DNA of 64,000 bases. Origin: Polyangiales bacterium. GTDB lineage: Bacteria > Myxococcota_A > Polyangia > Polyangiales > Polyangiaceae. A program made the position numbers and the translations under genes. This document shows positions 59,789 through 64,000 of this stretch, one piece after another (the stretch's first letter is position 1; every line of letters starts with the position of its first letter). The stretch spans positions 544,001-608,000 of the forward strand of contig JBBRLQ010000001.1 in assembly GCA_038231275.1 (NCBI GenBank), read 5' to 3'. The notes beneath the pieces are model-generated. The model saw only the letters and a list, made by a program, of their open reading frames with translations. It did not search any database and had not been told where the DNA came from.

Positions 59789-60306
59789 CGCGGCGCATCG
59801 TCGAGCGGCACGTCCGGCGGCAGCTCGTCCCCGAGCGCGCCGCGCGTCGCGACGCTACCCTCACTCAGCCCGTCTGAAACCAGAGCCTGGCCGCTCGAGG
59901 CGCGCGGCCGCCACATCGCCGTCCTTAATTAATCCGGAACGCGCTGTCCTGCGCGTCGCCGTCTCGGTAGTTCGTCCACACGATGTGGTACCGCGCGAGA
60001 GCGTCCGCGCCGAAAGAACGCAGGATCGTTGCTTCAACGGCGGATCGCCAGGCGGCATCTTCCTTCACTGAAACCTGTCGATGGACGGGCAACGCCGTGC
60101 GCGCCTCGTAGCCGAGCCCAACCTGCGCCTCGAGCCGGCGAACCATCTCCTCGCGCTGGGCGATTAGCTCTTCGAACTTGGCGGCCCAGCGACGCGGATG
60201 GCGAGTTCCCGTCGTGTCGCTCTCGCGTCCAACGCGACCCATGGGGCGTAAACGAGCGTGCGCGCGCGGAGTGCGAGCATCCCGTTTCAGCGCTGTCAGC
60301 GCAGCC

Positions 60307-60381
60307 CTACCTGAACCCGAGCCAGGAGAGTACAGCGAGGATGATGACAACCAGTCCGACGATATAGATGATCTTGTTCAT
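60307..60381 (-). CDS. 24-aa single-TM microprotein
   Basis: MNKIIYIVGLVVIILAVLSWLGFR*, with AGGAGA 4 nt before the ATG; below the ORF-track size cutoff. Confidence 0.75.
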   Translation of the reverse strand: MNKIIYIVGLVVIILAVLSWLGFR

Positions 60382-60557
60382 GAGTTCTCCTGGGAGCAAT
60401 CCGCACGCGGTGCGCTTCGGCCCCCGCCGATTCCTCTCTCTCCTCAGCAAGCCTCATGCCGGTCCTGACGCGTGCGGCCCAGGGCGGCGCGGACTCATGG
60501 TAAAGTGACAATCGACGAGGTGCGTCCTCGCGAGGACTCCGGGGAGGGCTTGGTCGC

Positions 60558-62705
60558 ATGCGTCAGAGTTGGTTCTCGTCTGTCGGAGCGGCCGTCGCGC
60601 TCGTCGTGGCCTGCAAGGCGTCATCGACCGGACCCGTGTCAGGGACGTTTCCGCTCGCGGTGGGACCGGCGGGCGGCACGGTGGAGGGACTGCCGGGCAC
60701 GGCGCTCGAGGGGGTGCGCCTCGAGATTCCGGCCGGCGCGCTCGATCGCACCGTCGTCCTCGACGCCTACCCTGCGACCGAGGACGTGCTTCTCGGCCCG
60801 ACCGCGTCGTTCGTCGGTCCGAAGGTTGCGCTGCTCCCCGACTCCGCCCATTTCTCTGCGCCGATCCGCCTGACCGTTCCCTTCGTGCCCGCCTCGGTCG
60901 AAGACTTCGAGCAAACCGCCGCCGACTGCCGCGTGTGGTTCGAGCGCGACGGGGTTTGGTCGCAGGTTGCACGCGTCGCCTCGACCCTCGCCACCGTGAC
61001 CGTAGAGGTCGACACGCTCGGCCACGCGGCGGCCGGGGTCGTGTTCGCGTCGAAGCCCGCGTCGGGGACCACGCCCGCGACGTGCGACAGCCCGACGGGC
61101 TTCTGCGTCGACCCGCTCGCGGGGCCGCTCGGCGCGGGCGCGCAGCCTTCCTCGCTGTCGTCGATCGTCGGCGGCCGCTTCGCGTACCACCGCGCCGATC
61201 CCGTGAAGGTGGACGCGTCCGGAGTCCGCACGCGCAGCTACGGCGTCGTCCAATACGACGTAGCCACGGGAAAGCCAGTGCTCGAGACGCCGAAGTTCGT
61301 GACGACGAGCGAGCCCGGCCGCGTGCTCTCCATCGCGAGCCGCGTCTCCGTGGCGCCCGACGGGACGTTCTGGTTCGCGGTTCCAGGGTACGGCGCAGTC
61401 CAGTATCTTCCGAAGAGCGCGGCAACGCAGGGGGTCGACGCGACCGGCGCGTTCGTACCGTCGCACGTGGCGGTCGCGCCCGACGGGCGACGGTTCCGCT
61501 TCGAGGTCACCGGCGGATTTGCCGGAAAGCCGGCTGCCTCGCTGGCGGTCACGACCGAGCTCGACGGAAAAGCGGACGCCCGCGTGGTGCTCGAGTCGTT
61601 CACGACGCTGGGATTTCTCGACGCCGTGCCCGTCGCCAGCGAAGACGCGCGGAAGGCCCTCGCGTACGTCGTGCCGCCCGCGCAAGGCTTGGCCATCGCG
61701 AAGGAGCTCGTGGCGAACACGCCGACGACCCCGCTGCCGCTTCCCCCCGAGGTCGCGAAGATCGACTTTGCGACGAACGCGCTCGACGAGCTCGCCGTGA
61801 GCGCCGACGGTGACCTGGTGGCGGTGTCGCTGGCGAAGCCCGACGCGCTCGGCGCGCGCGTGTACGTCCGCTCGCGCGACGGGAAGGTCTCCCGCAGCGT
61901 GAAGGGGTTACCGAACCTCGCGGGCATGGAGTTCGCGAGCGACAACGCGCTGTGGGCCTTCGGCGCGACCAACGCGGAGATTTACCGCATCGACCCGGGC
62001 TCGGGCGCCGTGCAAACCGTCGCGCTGACGACGGAGACGCCGGGCACGAAGGCCTACGCCGACCACATTCCGGTCGCTCTCCGCGGCGTCGGAGCCGGCG
62101 TGGTGCTCGTCGTCATCGGCTCATCCCCCTACGTGGTCGTCACCGTGCATCCGTCCGCGCCGAGCTGCACCGCGGCCGGCACGTGCAGCAGCCACGGGAG
62201 CTGCGCGGGCCCCGACACATGCGTGTGCAACGTCGGGTTCGCGGGCGCCAGCTGCAACCAGTGCGCGCTCGATTACTTCGGCTACCCGGCGTGCACCCAG
62301 TGCCTGGCCGCCACGACGTGCAACGGTCACGGGCTCTGCACCCCCAGCGGCGCGTGCGCGTGCAACTCGGAATTCGCCGGAGCGGGGTGCGCGCAGTGCG
62401 CGGCGAGCTTCTTCAACTACCCGACGTGCACGTTCTGCCAGGCGGCCGCGACCTGCAACGCCCACGGTACGTGCACTCTGCAAGGTTCCTGCGCCTGCAC
62501 TGCCGGATTTGCGAGCGCGGGATGCGATCAGTGCGCGACCAATTTCTTCAACTACCCGACGTGCACGTTCTGCCAGCCGGCCACGACGTGCAACGGCCAC
62601 GGCACGTGCAACCCGCAGGGTGGCTGCGCGTGCAACACGGGCTACGCCGGAGCGGCGTGCGACCAGTGCGCGGCAGGGTTCACCGGCTACCCCAACTGCG
62701 TGTAG
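60558..62705 (+). CDS. Lipoprotein with ZU5-like N-terminus, propeller-like middle and four EGF-like repeats
   Basis: Lipobox VVAC; GPAGG...LEIPAGAL; C-terminal CNGHGxC...CxC...GxxC repeats with a 135-bp period. Confidence 0.85.
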   Translation: MRQSWFSSVGAAVALVVACKASSTGPVSGTFPLAVGPAGGTVEGLPGTALEGVRLEIPAGALDRTVVLDAYPATEDVLLGPTASFVGPKVALLPDSAHFSAPIRLTVPFVPASVEDFEQTAADCRVWFERDGVWSQVARVASTLATVTVEVDTLGHAAAGVVFASKPASGTTPATCDSPTGFCVDPLAGPLGAGAQPSSLSSIVGGRFAYHRADPVKVDASGVRTRSYGVVQYDVATGKPVLETPKFVTTSEPGRVLSIASRVSVAPDGTFWFAVPGYGAVQYLPKSAATQGVDATGAFVPSHVAVAPDGRRFRFEVTGGFAGKPAASLAVTTELDGKADARVVLESFTTLGFLDAVPVASEDARKALAYVVPPAQGLAIAKELVANTPTTPLPLPPEVAKIDFATNALDELAVSADGDLVAVSLAKPDALGARVYVRSRDGKVSRSVKGLPNLAGMEFASDNALWAFGATNAEIYRIDPGSGAVQTVALTTETPGTKAYADHIPVALRGVGAGVVLVVIGSSPYVVVTVHPSAPSCTAAGTCSSHGSCAGPDTCVCNVGFAGASCNQCALDYFGYPACTQCLAATTCNGHGLCTPSGACACNSEFAGAGCAQCAASFFNYPTCTFCQAAATCNAHGTCTLQGSCACTAGFASAGCDQCATNFFNYPTCTFCQPATTCNGHGTCNPQGGCACNTGYAGAACDQCAAGFTGYPNCV

Positions 62706-62900
62706 CCCCGAACGGGACGCCCCCGGACCTCCGAGTGCTTTTGCCTAAGCAGCGGGCGGGTTCGTCGCGTTGTGCCCGACCGGCGGAACGCTGACGAACG
62801 CCGACCCGATGCACCTGCCTGCGTCGACCGACTAGACCCGCGTCCGGTTCGATCTCTCGAGTAGGTTCATGTCCCCGGTCGAGACTTCGAAACCGTTTCG

Positions 62901-63374
62901 CTAGCTCGGCCTGCACGTGGAGCAGGTCGGGTCCCAAAGCGCATCGACGTAGCCCGACGGCGCCTTCGACGTGCACCCGAGATCGCGGATGTTCATGTTG
63001 AGCGTCGTCATGTCATGCGTCGCCCGCGCGCTGTAGGGCGCGTTGCCGTACGAGGGATGCGCACTCAAGTAGGTCTCCACGCGGTTTCCGGTGTCGAGGC
63101 ATCGCGACCAAAACCAATACTTCCCTGTGGACACGTTCGGCGAGAGCACTGTGGGCTTCGTGCATCCCCACGCCGAGAGCTGCGCTTGAAACGCGTCAGT
63201 CATGTCGAACGTCGTCACGCAACAGGACTTGGACGGGTCGCAAGTACCGAGCGATTCCGCTACCTGAGATGCGCTCTGTTCTTCGGACTGCGGAGGTGAT
63301 CCACATCCCAGCCACAGCGCGCTCCCGATCACGGTCATTCCCAGAACCAACGACATCTCTCGCATGGCCATCAT
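62901..63374 (-). CDS. Hypothetical Cys-containing lipoprotein
   Basis: GGGAG RBS; signal peptide ending WLGC. Confidence 0.7.
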   Translation of the reverse strand: MMAMREMSLVLGMTVIGSALWLGCGSPPQSEEQSASQVAESLGTCDPSKSCCVTTFDMTDAFQAQLSAWGCTKPTVLSPNVSTGKYWFWSRCLDTGNRVETYLSAHPSYGNAPYSARATHDMTTLNMNIRDLGCTSKAPSGYVDALWDPTCSTCRPS

Positions 63375-63658
63375 TCTTGTTTTCTCCCTGAGGCGGACTG
63401 AAGGGTCCGAGAAAGCCGAACGGTTCGCCGCCGCCGACCTTAAGAGCATTCTTCTCTGGCCGTCGCCCAGCCGATGCCGACGCGCTTGTCTGACGTTGAG
63501 GCGCCGTCGAACGCGGCAGCCGCCGGAGTAGCAACGCCCACGGCGGTCCCGCCCGCGCTCTCTGGACCACCGCGACGCACGTCCCGCGACACGGGCGACT
63601 TCGCCTCGGCAGGCCCGGCGGCCTCGGTCGACGAGCCCGGCAGGGCTATGCTGTCGGG

Positions 63659-64000
63659 GTGGACGTTCGCGCCATCCGCTTTGCCCGCGAGAAATACGGC
63701 GTCCCGCTTGCGGTGGACGTGGCCGACGTCCGGGACCTGCCGGGCTTCATCCAGACGGACGAACCCCACGCGCTGTCGTTCTACGAGCTCATGTTCGTGA
63801 CCGGTGGCCGAGGGTCCTTGGATCTCGACGCGACGAGCGTGGAGGTCGCGCCCAGCGTGACCCTGGTGACGCGGCCGGGACAGGCGAGGCGCTGGCGCAT
63901 GCGCGCGCCGCTCCGGGCGATCGCGCTGTTCTTCGAGCGGGAGTTCGTCGACGGATTGTTCGACGACCCCTCGTTCCTCGACGAGCGCGGTATGGACGCG
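63659..64000 (+). CDS. AraC-family regulator, N-terminal cupin domain (partial)
   Basis: GTG 63659 is open to the window end: ...PHALSFYELMFVTGGRG...TRPGQARRW...LFFEREFV. Confidence 0.75.
   Translation, partial: MDVRAIRFAREKYGVPLAVDVADVRDLPGFIQTDEPHALSFYELMFVTGGRGSLDLDATSVEVAPSVTLVTRPGQARRWRMRAPLRAIALFFEREFVDGLFDDPSFLDERGMDA

Noticed and set aside
59925-60350. 141-aa minus-strand ORF
   Set aside because: It has no recognisable motif and a weak start, and its 5' part overlaps the 24-aa microprotein; at most it is a remnant.

Overview
This is a high-GC bacterial window whose gene content points to a myxobacterium, probably Polyangiaceae/Labilithrix-like. That is an inference from the Ser/Thr kinases, FHA proteins, a GltG-like protein, a VWA lipoprotein, many Cys-rich lipoproteins and sigma54 promoters. 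Core genes include purC, purS, a thiolase, pcnB, dnaK, an ate/bpt transferase, a YyaL-like protein, an OmpR-type two-component pair, an ECF sigma/anti-sigma pair, tRNA-Leu(TAG) and tRNA-Arg(CCG). Downstream of tRNA-Arg lies an accessory region with visibly lower GC. It holds a PAS hybrid kinase, general-stress genes with sigma54 promoters and a shared palindromic site, and several gene remnants. Features absent from the supplied ORF track are: an Rdx/SelW-family selenoprotein with an in-frame TGA (CxxU) and a SECIS-like hairpin (20348-20566, minus); a 24-aa membrane microprotein (60307-60381, minus); remnants of a transposase and of a UvrA-like gene; and two window-edge partial genes. Other oddities are two PHM-like copper-monooxygenase lipoproteins (one with a Met-to-His CuM ligand change), a signal-peptidase homolog lacking both catalytic residues, an orphan FliH/SctL in a translationally coupled operon, and degenerate direct repeats bracketing a gene next to tRNA-Leu. 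All family calls come from motif recognition by eye; no database searches were run.
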